A stretch of DNA of 64,000 bases, from positions 18,530 to 82,529 of the forward strand of contig CAZPRY010000015.1 in NCBI GenBank assembly GCA_964589175.1, given 5' to 3'. The notes below the pieces were generated by a model. It did not search any database, had not been told where the DNA came from, and saw only the letters and a program-made list of their open reading frames with translations. This document shows, in pieces, positions 1 through 9,345 of this stretch (its first letter is position 1; each line of letters starts with the position of its first letter). The stretch comes from an uncultured bacterium (GTDB lineage Bacteria; Fidelibacterota; UBA2242). The position numbers and the translations under genes were made by a program.

Positions 1-1171
1 AATCGATTTTGTGAAAAATATCAGTCCTACGACGGAAGTAATCGTCATTACTGCTTATGCGACCATCGAGACAGCTGTCAAAGCTATCAAATTAGGGGCC
101 TATGATTACATTTCGAAACCGATGCGGCGCGAAGAGATTATTCATACCGTTCAGAAAGCCCTGGAGAAATCCCGCCTGGTTGAAGAAATAAATATTTTAA
201 AAAAACAGGTGCGGGAGGAAAGTCTTCGGAATAGCATCATTGGGAAAAGTACACCCATGATGCAGGTCCTAAAATTGGTGAAAGAGGTCTCGAGCCTGGA
301 TGTGCCGGTGCTTATTTTAGGAGAAAGCGGAACCGGAAAAGAATTGATTGCCCGCGCGATACATAAACACAGCAATCGCAGCGAAAAATCTTTTATAGCT
401 ATCAATTGCGGTGCCCTCCCGGAAAATTTGCTGGAAAGCGAGCTATTCGGTCATGTGAAAGGTTCATTTACCGGTGCTTTTGAAAACAAACAAGGACTCT
501 TCAAAGAGGCCGATGGCGGTACATTATTTCTGGATGAAATTGGTGAAATGTCCTTAGCGGCGCAAGCGAAACTATTACGGACACTGGAATCGAATGAAAT
601 CAGGCCGGTCGGTGGAAATCAGACAATCAAGGTCAATACCAGGATTGTATGTGCCACGAATTGTGATTTGAAAAGAAAAGCTGAGGAGAAGAAGTTTCGC
701 AGTGATTTACTATTCCGGATTAATATATTTCCCATTACCTTGCCGCCGTTGCGAGAAAGAGTAACGGATATTAGGTTGTTAGCCAATTATTTCCTGGTAA
801 AATATGCGAAAAAATTCTCGAAAAATATCGGATATATAACCGAGTCGGTATACACCCAGTTTGAGAATTACGATTGGCCGGGTAATGTGCGCGAGTTGGA
901 AAATATTCTGGAACGGGCAGCTATTCTTACTAAATCCGACACAATCGATATCAAAGATATTTCCGCGGATATAACCGGAGTTGAGAATTCGAATATCGAA
1001 CATGTTGAATTCCATAATCCTACGAGTTTGTTAAATCTTGAGAGAAACGCTATCCGCCAAAAATTGCAGGAAAATGATTGGAATAAAACGGAAACAGCGA
1101 AAGCACTGGGAATTAGTACTACCACGCTCTGGCGGAAAATCAATAAATACAAACTTACTCCCGACGAATAA
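1..1171 (+). CDS. NtrC-family sigma-54-dependent response regulator (receiver-AAA+-Fis HTH), 5' end outside window
   Basis: Tail of a receiver domain (VIVITAYATIETAVKAIKLGAYDYISKP), Walker A GESGTGKE, GSFTGA (GAFTGA-like) loop, LFLDEIGE, WPGNVRELEN, C-terminal NKTETAKALGISTTTLWRKI HTH. The frame is open back to base 2, so the true start is upstream. Confidence 0.96.
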   Translation, partial: IDFVKNISPTTEVIVITAYATIETAVKAIKLGAYDYISKPMRREEIIHTVQKALEKSRLVEEINILKKQVREESLRNSIIGKSTPMMQVLKLVKEVSSLDVPVLILGESGTGKELIARAIHKHSNRSEKSFIAINCGALPENLLESELFGHVKGSFTGAFENKQGLFKEADGGTLFLDEIGEMSLAAQAKLLRTLESNEIRPVGGNQTIKVNTRIVCATNCDLKRKAEEKKFRSDLLFRINIFPITLPPLRERVTDIRLLANYFLVKYAKKFSKNIGYITESVYTQFENYDWPGNVRELENILERAAILTKSDTIDIKDISADITGVENSNIEHVEFHNPTSLLNLERNAIRQKLQENDWNKTETAKALGISTTTLWRKINKYKLTPDE

Positions 1172-1189
1172 CCTGATTTCATCGGTTCT

Positions 1190-1237
1190 CATTTCATTTT
1201 GAAATGCCAACACCTGGCAGTGTTTCAATCTGAAATG
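1190..1237. promoter_or_regulatory. Two inverted repeats, probable enhancer-binding-protein (UAS) sites
   Basis: CATTTCA-ttt-TGAAATG (1190-1206, perfect 7-bp arms) and TTTCA-atc-TGAAA (1223-1235); centres 31 bp apart; directly downstream of the sigma-54 activator gene. Confidence 0.55.
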
Positions 1238-1335
1238 TATTGAGATTGGACTATGTTGCAAATCCCCATCCGATTTGTCATCTGAAAAAATTATTATCTT
1301 CGAATATGCATCCCTAGCATTATGCATGACGTAGA

Positions 1336-1351
1336 TGGCATATTCTTTGAC
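1336..1351 (+). promoter_or_regulatory. Possible sigma-54 -24/-12 promoter (imperfect)
   Basis: TGGCATATTCTTTGAC: GG at 1337-38, 10-nt spacer, then GA instead of the consensus GC; 110-140 bp downstream of the paired palindromes. Confidence 0.35.
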
Positions 1352-1380
1352 TACTCTCAGAATTGATACTCGAAGAAATA

Positions 1381-1761
1381 ATGATGAAACAGACAGAAAA
1401 AAATATTTTGATTGTTGAGGATGAGCCCGGCTCTGCCGAGTCGCTGGCGATTGGACTCAAACGATCCGGGTACTTTCCGCAAATCGCAAATAGCGGTAAA
1501 GAAGGCTTACGGAAATTACATGAACGCGCGTTTAATTTTATCCTCTGCGATATAAATATGCCCGAGATGGATGGGTGGGAGTTTGCCGTAAAAGCCAAAC
1601 CACTTACATCGGCAGATTTCATATTTATAACGGCCGATTCTCGAACAAACAAGAAAGCGGAGTTTATTAGTTCTCCTTTATTGATTAAACCAATTGAATT
1701 GTACAGAATAATAGAATTACTAAATGAAAAAGGAGGGTATATAACGAAGGCTACGAGATGA
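1381..1761 (+). CDS. Stand-alone receiver (CheY-like) response regulator
   Basis: ILIVEDE, phosphoacceptor in ILCDINMPEMDGWE, FIFITA, LIKP; no output domain. Start could be 1363, 1381 or 1384. Confidence 0.9.
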   Translation: MMKQTEKNILIVEDEPGSAESLAIGLKRSGYFPQIANSGKEGLRKLHERAFNFILCDINMPEMDGWEFAVKAKPLTSADFIFITADSRTNKKAEFISSPLLIKPIELYRIIELLNEKGGYITKATR

Positions 1762-1807
1762 ATAAGATCCGGACGTTCCATGAAGAGTGTAACTTTAAAA
1801 GGAGGAA

Positions 1808-4345
1808 ATGATGAAAACGACTTTGTTATTTTGCAGGCTGATGGCATTATTCCTTTTGTTTTCTATGCCGTTGCTGCTACAAGCACAATTACCCAGTGAA
1901 TTTACCTTCACTGATCCGATCGGTGATACCGAACCAGCATGTGTAGATTATGTCGGGGGCTATTTCGTTCAGCAAGGAGATAGTGTGCTGGTCGGTTTTA
2001 CTATGAATGGTCCGTTCTCTGACAGGGTGTACGGGGAGAGTCTGAACTCATTTACTCTCGATACGGACAGCGATCCTAACACGGGACAGTATCGTGGTAA
2101 TGAAGACAATGTTGATTTTCATGACTACGGAGGCGGTCACTGGTTTGGAAGAATGTATTTAGAGTGGGATGGCACCGTAAATTCATTTATGACGAGAGCA
2201 GTTGTACCCGTTAAAGTAACCGAAGACGGCAAAACCATGTACTGGAAATTTTCTCTGGTCGGTACCGGTTGGGAGGAATTGGAGTACTTTCTCGATGGAT
2301 GGTACAAAGATGGTAATTATTGGCATCAGGTACCCCACTTTGGGGGGGATATGATGGAAGAGCCGGGCCTCTTTACTATCGATGTATCCCTGGTTGCACA
2401 GCTGACAGAAAAAGTCGGCACCAATTGCGTCATCGAAGTTCCGGAACTTTACTCCTCAACTGCAGATGCGAAAAATATTACCGGCGTAGTCGATGAGATG
2501 GTGGATCTGGTTAGATCCCAAATCGGTACTATTGCAGAGAGTGACAGGAAATTCCGGGTGGATTATGAGAATTATAACAGCTATGCAGCGCCTATCGTTT
2601 ATGGATCTGGTGGCGTCAATCAATTTGGCTGCCGTATTCCCGGACAGTATTGGGTGGATGAGCCCAATTGGTACGCAATGTTAGAAGGTGTTGTAGATCA
2701 AACTCTTTGCGCATTCAGCACTGGATTGAGAGAAGTAATGCTAACGCAGAAGAGTTATCAGCGACCGATTCCCGTCAACGGGGAAGGTTGGTATTGCACC
2801 CTTGAAGATAGTATAAATGGCTTTAAATGGGATGCCCACCATAAATGGACGATGAAAGCATTGCTGGCGAATGCCTATGAAAATTGCTATGTATACTATA
2901 TTGCGGAGAGCATGACGGATGGGGCTGCTAAAACCGCGATTATGAACAAGAAGGCGGATATACTCGCGGCCTGGAATAACTTTTCCGGTACAGCCCGAGA
3001 TTTAACTCCTGAGTTAATGACCGGCTTACTTCTCTCCCTGTCCGATGATCTGAGTTGGACGGCTACCGTGTTCGAAGAGATTATCCCGAATGCCTTCGAC
3101 ACCGCAGATTCCACAAATGCTTTCACCCAGATTGTGAATAATTACACACGTAATTCTGATTTTTCAATCAGCAGTTCGGATGATTTTCTGACCCAGGCTC
3201 ATCATAGATGGTATGGTGTAATTGCAGCGGTTCAAGCGGCAGCGATTGAGCTGGCTATGGGCGAAGATCTTTACAGTGTACTGGAAGGAATACCGGATTT
3301 TCCGATCGATCAGGCTGTATATGCAGATGTCAAGAGTCTCTTAGGTCCAGGCGAAGATCCCTATAGCATTGATGATACTGTCCCATATGTATGGAATGAC
3401 ATCAGCACAATTGGCACGGAAATACCACGCGCTGATTTTACAGCACCTTGGGCTACGGTTGATGTCGATGACGGCGGTACCAGTCCGATTGCGATGGGAA
3501 TGAGTTTTGACTTTTATGATGCCACATTCGATAGTATCCGTATCGGTATTAACGGTATATGTTCGTTTACCGATCCTATTGAGTGGATTACTTCAGGAAG
3601 CTACGGAACGACGATTCCCGGTATGGGTTGGGATAATATTTTATGCCCACTTGCGTGTGATATTATGGGAGACAAAGCATATAATTCTGCTCCATATAAT
3701 ACAGCGACAGGTGTAATTTATTACTACCATAATTCTACTGCCGGTACCTTTACCGTTCAGTATCATAATATGACCAATCATCATTACGTAACTGGTGAAG
3801 AGGGCAGTCAGGTATGTCCGGATACGACTCTAACATTTCAGATCGTTCTGGACCCCAGCGATGCCTCCATTACCTTCTATTACAAGGATTTGGGTATTGC
3901 ACCGGAACCATGCGCGAAGCGGGCAACTATCGGAATTCAACCCGGGAAAGACAGCGGTCTGGGGTGTCAGTATTATGGCAACAACCTACCGGCGGATGGT
4001 TATCCCCAAAATGAAACAGCGATCAAGTTTTATAAGGGGGGAGTGGCCATTAAGGATGTCAATGTGAATCGACCTGGCGAATTTTCACTGATGCAGAACT
4101 ACCCGAATCCGTTTAACCCGGTTACCAGTATAGCGTTTACCATCCCGATGCGTACCAAGGTGAGTTTGGTGGTGTACGATATGCTTGGACGTAAAGTCGC
4201 CGATCTGGTTGAGAACCAAGTTGTCGACAGCGGATATCACAGCTACTCCTGGGATGCTTCCAATCTGTCTTCAGGTATTTATTTCTATCGTTTAGAAGTT
4301 GATGGGCAGAGCAGTCTGACCAAGAAATGCGTTTTTATGAAGTAA
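1808..4345 (+). CDS. Secreted multidomain protein: DPxGD (DOMON/glucodextranase-like) domain, degenerate gluzincin-like domain, nidogen-like domain, C-terminal T9SS-type sorting domain
   Basis: Signal peptide; TDPIGD; aligns with 4444-6207 but has EGVVD in place of HELGH; DDGGTSPIAMGMSFDFY...INGICSF (NIDO-like); QNYPNPFNP...YDMLGRKV...SGIYFYRL...KKCVFMK CTD; RBS GGAGG. Confidence 0.75.
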   Translation: MMKTTLLFCRLMALFLLFSMPLLLQAQLPSEFTFTDPIGDTEPACVDYVGGYFVQQGDSVLVGFTMNGPFSDRVYGESLNSFTLDTDSDPNTGQYRGNEDNVDFHDYGGGHWFGRMYLEWDGTVNSFMTRAVVPVKVTEDGKTMYWKFSLVGTGWEELEYFLDGWYKDGNYWHQVPHFGGDMMEEPGLFTIDVSLVAQLTEKVGTNCVIEVPELYSSTADAKNITGVVDEMVDLVRSQIGTIAESDRKFRVDYENYNSYAAPIVYGSGGVNQFGCRIPGQYWVDEPNWYAMLEGVVDQTLCAFSTGLREVMLTQKSYQRPIPVNGEGWYCTLEDSINGFKWDAHHKWTMKALLANAYENCYVYYIAESMTDGAAKTAIMNKKADILAAWNNFSGTARDLTPELMTGLLLSLSDDLSWTATVFEEIIPNAFDTADSTNAFTQIVNNYTRNSDFSISSSDDFLTQAHHRWYGVIAAVQAAAIELAMGEDLYSVLEGIPDFPIDQAVYADVKSLLGPGEDPYSIDDTVPYVWNDISTIGTEIPRADFTAPWATVDVDDGGTSPIAMGMSFDFYDATFDSIRIGINGICSFTDPIEWITSGSYGTTIPGMGWDNILCPLACDIMGDKAYNSAPYNTATGVIYYYHNSTAGTFTVQYHNMTNHHYVTGEEGSQVCPDTTLTFQIVLDPSDASITFYYKDLGIAPEPCAKRATIGIQPGKDSGLGCQYYGNNLPADGYPQNETAIKFYKGGVAIKDVNVNRPGEFSLMQNYPNPFNPVTSIAFTIPMRTKVSLVVYDMLGRKVADLVENQVVDSGYHSYSWDASNLSSGIYFYRLEVDGQSSLTKKCVFMK

Positions 4346-4355
4346 AAAGCGCTTG

Positions 4356-4389
4356 CAAGGTCGGGTGGCTGGGCAGCCACCCGACCTTG
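4356..4389 (+). terminator. Strong hairpin: intrinsic terminator or transcript-stabilising stem
   Basis: CAAGGTCGGGTGGCT-gggc-AGCCACCCGACCTTG, perfect 15-bp stem 10 nt after the stop at 4345, followed by gttttgtggttttatt. Confidence 0.75.
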
Positions 4390-4443
4390 GTTTTGTGGTT
4401 TTATTCTCAATTATATAATGAAAAATGTGGATTTCAAGCTGCG

Positions 4444-6207
4444 ATGATTGGATCATATAAAAAGAACATTCTGATCTTGCTAATGGTGCTATTGGCTGCA
4501 GCGTTTCCAATAGTCTCACAGACCATTGAGGATCCAATCGGCGATGTTTCGACAGGCCATCCCGACTATGTGGATTTTGAAAAAGTAAAATTTTGGCAAT
4601 CCAGTGGTCAACCGGATGCAATGTATATTGATTTTTATACGAAGGGCGCCATCCCGAAAGGGAATCAGGCCGGAATTGGTGCAACTACAATCTTTGAAGT
4701 TTACATGGATGTTGATGATAACAGTAATACCGGCGTCAAGTTGGAGGATATCGGATACGATTATAAACTGTTTGCCAATCTCTACGATTGGAACGGGAAA
4801 AACTGGATCGACGGAACGGTTTACTGGGATTATGATGCCTCTGGCTCAGCGCATTCCCTGAGTGGATTTTATACTTTTGCCGAGGGTAATCCAAGATCTA
4901 CGGCGCCTTATCGATTCAGATGGGAATTTTCGCTAATCGGTTTGAAGTGTTCCCGGATCAAATGGATAGCAAGAACAAAATATGGCGTCTATTGGTCGGA
5001 TCAAATTCCCGATGAGGGACATGCTATCCTGGAGGTTGACACGACTGGTGTGGCGGATATTGATACCGTTCGGGGGGAACATATTGAATTCATTTGTCCA
5101 TCGACCTATAAAGAAGTCCTGGAGAGATGTGATGTCATCAAAGCCATTGACCTGGGAACTCAGATTCAGAGTCAGCTGTGTGGCACCGAATTTCACGGTA
5201 TCCAGGTTATCCAATATAATCCGTGGATGCATGGTGTCGCTTCTTGTGGCAATCCCGTAGATATGGGCTCATGGATGTGGAACGATAATCCGCCATGGTT
5301 TGTTGTTTTTCATGAATTAGGTCATAACTATACTCTGGCGGCGGATCGATTTAATAATCTATACCCTGCGCTTGGTTATGACACACTAATGGGGGGAGAT
5401 AATTGGGATTATGGAACGAACTATGTAGAAGCCTGGGCGAGCATGGTGGGCCTCTTTGCAGTCCATGAACTATTCAGCAAGAGTGGGCAGTATCAATTAA
5501 CAACCGAGGGTGCAGCAAGTCTGGAGCAGGGATTTAACGATCAAAAAAATTCATTTATGGGACAACTTCAAGGTTATGAGGAAGATCCCAATTTCCATAT
5601 TCTGACTCCCGATTTATTGGACGGTATGTTTATGTCTCTGGGGGAGGAGTACGGATATGAGATATTCCCTCGATTTTTCAGGATACTGCAGCCTCCGGAT
5701 CAATCCTGGGACGTTCTCACCGTTGTTAAAAATAATGTGAGAAGTAACTACGATCTGTCGAAAACGGTGGCAATGACTGTCACTTGTTGCGCCTTCAGCG
5801 TGGCAGCGGGAGCGGATCTCCGCACTCAGTTCAGGGATCAATGGGATTTCCCGATTGACAACGAGAAATATGAAGAGATCAAGCCGGAAATTGAGGCCAT
5901 GATGATGACCGGCGTCGACGAAAACCCGGGATTAGCGGATAAGATGCAGTTTAGGCTTTATCCCAACCATCCCAACCCTTTTAACTCGAGCACGATTATC
6001 AGTTACCAAATTGGACAACAATCAGAAGTAAGAATAAAAATTTATGACCTGTTGGGAAATCTGGTCAGGATTATAGATGAAGGTCATAGAAATGCCGGAG
6101 ATCATCATTTTATCTGGGACGCTTCAAATATTTCCAGTGGAATCTATATCTATTCTGTAGAAACCAACCAGGGGGTGAAGGCTAAAAAATGTGTATTCCT
6201 AAGATAA
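4444..6207 (+). CDS. Secreted gluzincin-like (HExxH) metallopeptidase with DPxGD domain and T9SS-type CTD
   Basis: Signal peptide from MIGSYKKNIL (the ORF-track start at 4327 overlaps the previous gene and hairpin); EDPIGD; WFVVFHELGHN plus downstream EAWA; PNHPNPFN...SGIYIY CTD. Confidence 0.8.
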   Translation: MIGSYKKNILILLMVLLAAAFPIVSQTIEDPIGDVSTGHPDYVDFEKVKFWQSSGQPDAMYIDFYTKGAIPKGNQAGIGATTIFEVYMDVDDNSNTGVKLEDIGYDYKLFANLYDWNGKNWIDGTVYWDYDASGSAHSLSGFYTFAEGNPRSTAPYRFRWEFSLIGLKCSRIKWIARTKYGVYWSDQIPDEGHAILEVDTTGVADIDTVRGEHIEFICPSTYKEVLERCDVIKAIDLGTQIQSQLCGTEFHGIQVIQYNPWMHGVASCGNPVDMGSWMWNDNPPWFVVFHELGHNYTLAADRFNNLYPALGYDTLMGGDNWDYGTNYVEAWASMVGLFAVHELFSKSGQYQLTTEGAASLEQGFNDQKNSFMGQLQGYEEDPNFHILTPDLLDGMFMSLGEEYGYEIFPRFFRILQPPDQSWDVLTVVKNNVRSNYDLSKTVAMTVTCCAFSVAAGADLRTQFRDQWDFPIDNEKYEEIKPEIEAMMMTGVDENPGLADKMQFRLYPNHPNPFNSSTIISYQIGQQSEVRIKIYDLLGNLVRIIDEGHRNAGDHHFIWDASNISSGIYIYSVETNQGVKAKKCVFLR

Positions 6208-6279
6208 CGAGATTCCATCATATAGATATATCCACAGGTTTGGCACAAGAAATATTTTATAACTTGGAGGTTCATCCAA

Positions 6280-9261
6280 ATGAAAAGCAAATATTTTAGC
6301 TATTTTCTAATCATCCTACTGATGATAACATCATCTACCCTAGTTTTTGCCGGTACAAAGGGCAAGATTGTCGGGCTTATTGTAGAGAAGGAGACCGGCC
6401 AACCACTGCCGGGCGCCAACATCGTTTTAGAGGGCACCTTGCTCGGCACAATGACCGACGTAGACGGACACTACTTTATCTTGAATATCCCGAGCGGAAC
6501 CTACTCCTTGAAAGTCAGCTATATAGGGTACAGCCCGGTAACCGTCAAGAACGTAGAAGTCATTCAGGATTTGCTTACCGAAATAAATGTTGAAATGCAA
6601 TCCAAGGTACTTGATATCGGTGTGGCGGTAGAGGTATATGCTGAACGTCCTCTGATCCATAAAGAGGTTTCTTCTTCCACCAGGACATTGTCTTCCGAAG
6701 AATTCGAAAATCTGATTGTGGAATCCGTTGGTTCAGTCATAAATACATCGGCGGGCGTTGTAGGCGGTAACTATATTCGGGGCAGCCGCTGGACAGAAGT
6801 CAGTTATATGGTGGATGGCCTATCGTTGACCAATCCGATTAGCGGCGGCATGATCACCGATATCAATAAGAATGCGGTGGAAGAGATTGTTTTACAGACG
6901 GGGGGATTTTCCGCAGAGTACGGAAATGCCATGGGCGGTATCGTCAATGTCGTCACCAAAGAGGGCGGTCCCGAGTACAGCGGGAGTCTGCGCTACAAAA
7001 CCGATAAAGTGAATTCGGGCAGTCAATTCTATCAGAACGCCAATATCTGGGATTTTACTTTTGGCGGTCCGATGGTAAAGAAGGGAAGAATATTTTTCAC
7101 CGGCTATCTGAATACCCGCGATATGAATTCCCAGCGAGAAGTGATCGCGCCGGACGGTACCAATCTCGGTCGCCATCCCCACGAAGGTTTTCAGGAATAC
7201 CGCACCAATTTCAAATATTCTCTGCCTGTCACATCCTCCCTGAAACTGAAAATGACCTGGTCAATGAACAGATCGCAAGGTCTCAACTATAATATGTTTT
7301 GGCGTTTTGGTGCCGATGAAAATCAATTGGATCGCTTGGGGGCCTGGTTGAATAAATCGAAATATGGCGCAATTATTCTGGAGCATGCCATCAGCTCCAG
7401 AGCCTACCATACGCTTAAAGTAGGGATGATGGATTGGCATTCGATCAGCGGACAGCGCGACCGTGCAGAATGGTCGGGGAATAAGGTAGGCGCCAATTGT
7501 GACTGGTGGAAAGATTTCACCTTCCGCAAACCCTTTATCGATCACAATTACCAGATACCCGGGGATGCCACCGGTACTCAATACAGTAAGTGGCGTTTGC
7601 GTGACAGTCAGGGCATAGATGATGTTTATCAGAGACGAACAACCGATTTGGTATCGCCAAGTAATCCTTATGGAATCACGGGCGGTATTCAAAATACAAT
7701 GGATGCTGATTATTTTGAAAATTTCATCTGGGCCGGCGATGGCGACTGGTTTTCAGAGAATCGAGACCGCAATTTCATCGTGAAATACGATCTGACCAGC
7801 CAGATCCATAAAAATCATGAGATCAAGGCTGGATTTGAGTTTAACAAGCACAACGTCAATCGCTTCGCGATCGGAGCAATGTCCGCTCTGAATGGTATCG
7901 GCGTCACTTACCCGCTTATCGATTTTTATGAAGAGTCGCCGAGCGATACGGCCTTGACAATTGAATCTGTCAATGATTTGGGTGATGGGTACCGGCCCCT
8001 GGAGTTCGCATCTTACGTCAACTACCAGCTTCAATTGGAGGGCATGTATTTGAATCTTGGATTGCGTTTTGACTATTTTAATGCAGTCACAGAATATCGT
8101 ATTGATCCGATTCAAAGCACTCCGTCAAATCCGTTTAAGCAAGACCGGACGAATCCCGATCCAAAATACCAATTAAGCCCGCGCTTAGGAATATCATTTC
8201 CGGTCACGGACAGGACGATGTTTAGATTTAACTACGGGCACTTTTTCCAAACTCCTCCGCTGGAACGGATGTTTGCGTACCTATGGTTTGATCGGAATCA
8301 GGCTGATTTAAACATGGGCAATCCTGATATTGAACCCCAAAAAACGATCGCCTATGAAGTAGGCCTCTCAACAATTTTAACCGAAAATGTCGCTTTGGAT
8401 CTTACTCTTTATCAGAAAAATATGTTTAACCTGGAAGGTTACAGGATCAGAAGATCTCCTACTTTAGACTGGTTTTTCCAGGCCTTCAATGAGGAATATG
8501 CTGAAGCCAAAGGCTTTGAACTCACTTTACGAAAGCGATACAGCCATTACTTTGGGGGCTCGATCAGTTATTCGTTCTGCACGGCTGAAGGTACTTCGTC
8601 CGATGTAACCCAAATTACGCGATACCCATTGCTGAGTCTCACCTATGCCAGACTATTGGGATATGAACCGCTTTATCCTCAGGATACTATGCCGATGGAT
8701 TTTGATCAAAACCACACGGTTTATATTAATCTGGACTTCAGAATCCCGTATGGCGAGGGACCTAGTATATTCAATAAAAAGCTGCTCTCCGGTTTTGGAG
8801 CAAATATCATGTCGACCTTTCATTCGGGCAGACCCTATACCCCGGTCACGGCATATACGATGAATGTCACCAGTGACCGTTTCAACTCAGCGCGTTATCC
8901 GTGGACATACACTGCCGACGGCAAATTTTACAAGGATTTTCGAATCCTGGGTCAAGAATTGACCTTGTTTGTAGAAGTATACAATCTGTTCAATTTACAA
9001 AAGCCGTTTTCCGTCTTTGAAGGTTCGGGCAATCCTGATCAGGATATGTACAATCTGACCGCAGGTTGTCTTTCCTCCGATACCTACCTGAAAGGAGAGA
9101 GTAATCTGTATTCCGAGTTGGCGGATTTGAATGGTGATGGCGCTTTGACGACGCAGGAGCGCGTAGTTGCATATCAGCGCTTTCGGGATGATATGTTGAA
9201 GTTCAAAAGAAATTATCCCAACCCCAGAACATTCATGATTGGCCTGGATATTAAATTTTGA
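6280..9261 (+). CDS. TonB-dependent receptor with N-terminal carboxypeptidase-regulatory-like domain
   Basis: Signal peptide, GKIVG...PLPGANIV...TDVDGHYFILNIPSGTY, plug (YIRGSR, YMVDG, GGFSAEYGNAMGGIVNVVTK), barrel motifs SPRLGISFP and GNPDIEPQKT, C-terminal NPRTFMIGLDIKF. Confidence 0.93.
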   Translation: MKSKYFSYFLIILLMITSSTLVFAGTKGKIVGLIVEKETGQPLPGANIVLEGTLLGTMTDVDGHYFILNIPSGTYSLKVSYIGYSPVTVKNVEVIQDLLTEINVEMQSKVLDIGVAVEVYAERPLIHKEVSSSTRTLSSEEFENLIVESVGSVINTSAGVVGGNYIRGSRWTEVSYMVDGLSLTNPISGGMITDINKNAVEEIVLQTGGFSAEYGNAMGGIVNVVTKEGGPEYSGSLRYKTDKVNSGSQFYQNANIWDFTFGGPMVKKGRIFFTGYLNTRDMNSQREVIAPDGTNLGRHPHEGFQEYRTNFKYSLPVTSSLKLKMTWSMNRSQGLNYNMFWRFGADENQLDRLGAWLNKSKYGAIILEHAISSRAYHTLKVGMMDWHSISGQRDRAEWSGNKVGANCDWWKDFTFRKPFIDHNYQIPGDATGTQYSKWRLRDSQGIDDVYQRRTTDLVSPSNPYGITGGIQNTMDADYFENFIWAGDGDWFSENRDRNFIVKYDLTSQIHKNHEIKAGFEFNKHNVNRFAIGAMSALNGIGVTYPLIDFYEESPSDTALTIESVNDLGDGYRPLEFASYVNYQLQLEGMYLNLGLRFDYFNAVTEYRIDPIQSTPSNPFKQDRTNPDPKYQLSPRLGISFPVTDRTMFRFNYGHFFQTPPLERMFAYLWFDRNQADLNMGNPDIEPQKTIAYEVGLSTILTENVALDLTLYQKNMFNLEGYRIRRSPTLDWFFQAFNEEYAEAKGFELTLRKRYSHYFGGSISYSFCTAEGTSSDVTQITRYPLLSLTYARLLGYEPLYPQDTMPMDFDQNHTVYINLDFRIPYGEGPSIFNKKLLSGFGANIMSTFHSGRPYTPVTAYTMNVTSDRFNSARYPWTYTADGKFYKDFRILGQELTLFVEVYNLFNLQKPFSVFEGSGNPDQDMYNLTAGCLSSDTYLKGESNLYSELADLNGDGALTTQERVVAYQRFRDDMLKFKRNYPNPRTFMIGLDIKF

Positions 9262-9345
9262 GAATGCAGTGTGCTGTAGATACAGATCACGAAATAGACT
9301 CCTGTTGGAGCTAGTGAAGTAGTTACAAAAAAGGGGAAGTGCATT

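Noticed and set aside
4327-4443. N-terminal extensions given by the ORF track (4327, 19909, 21431, 29338, 31481, 52476, 54568)
   Set aside because: They overlap upstream genes, terminators or promoters; downstream ATGs give proper signal peptides, RBSs or domain starts.
6241-6260. Sigma-54 promoters at TGGCAC (6241) and TGGCACG (51989)
   Set aside because: Neither has GC/TTGC at the -12 position.
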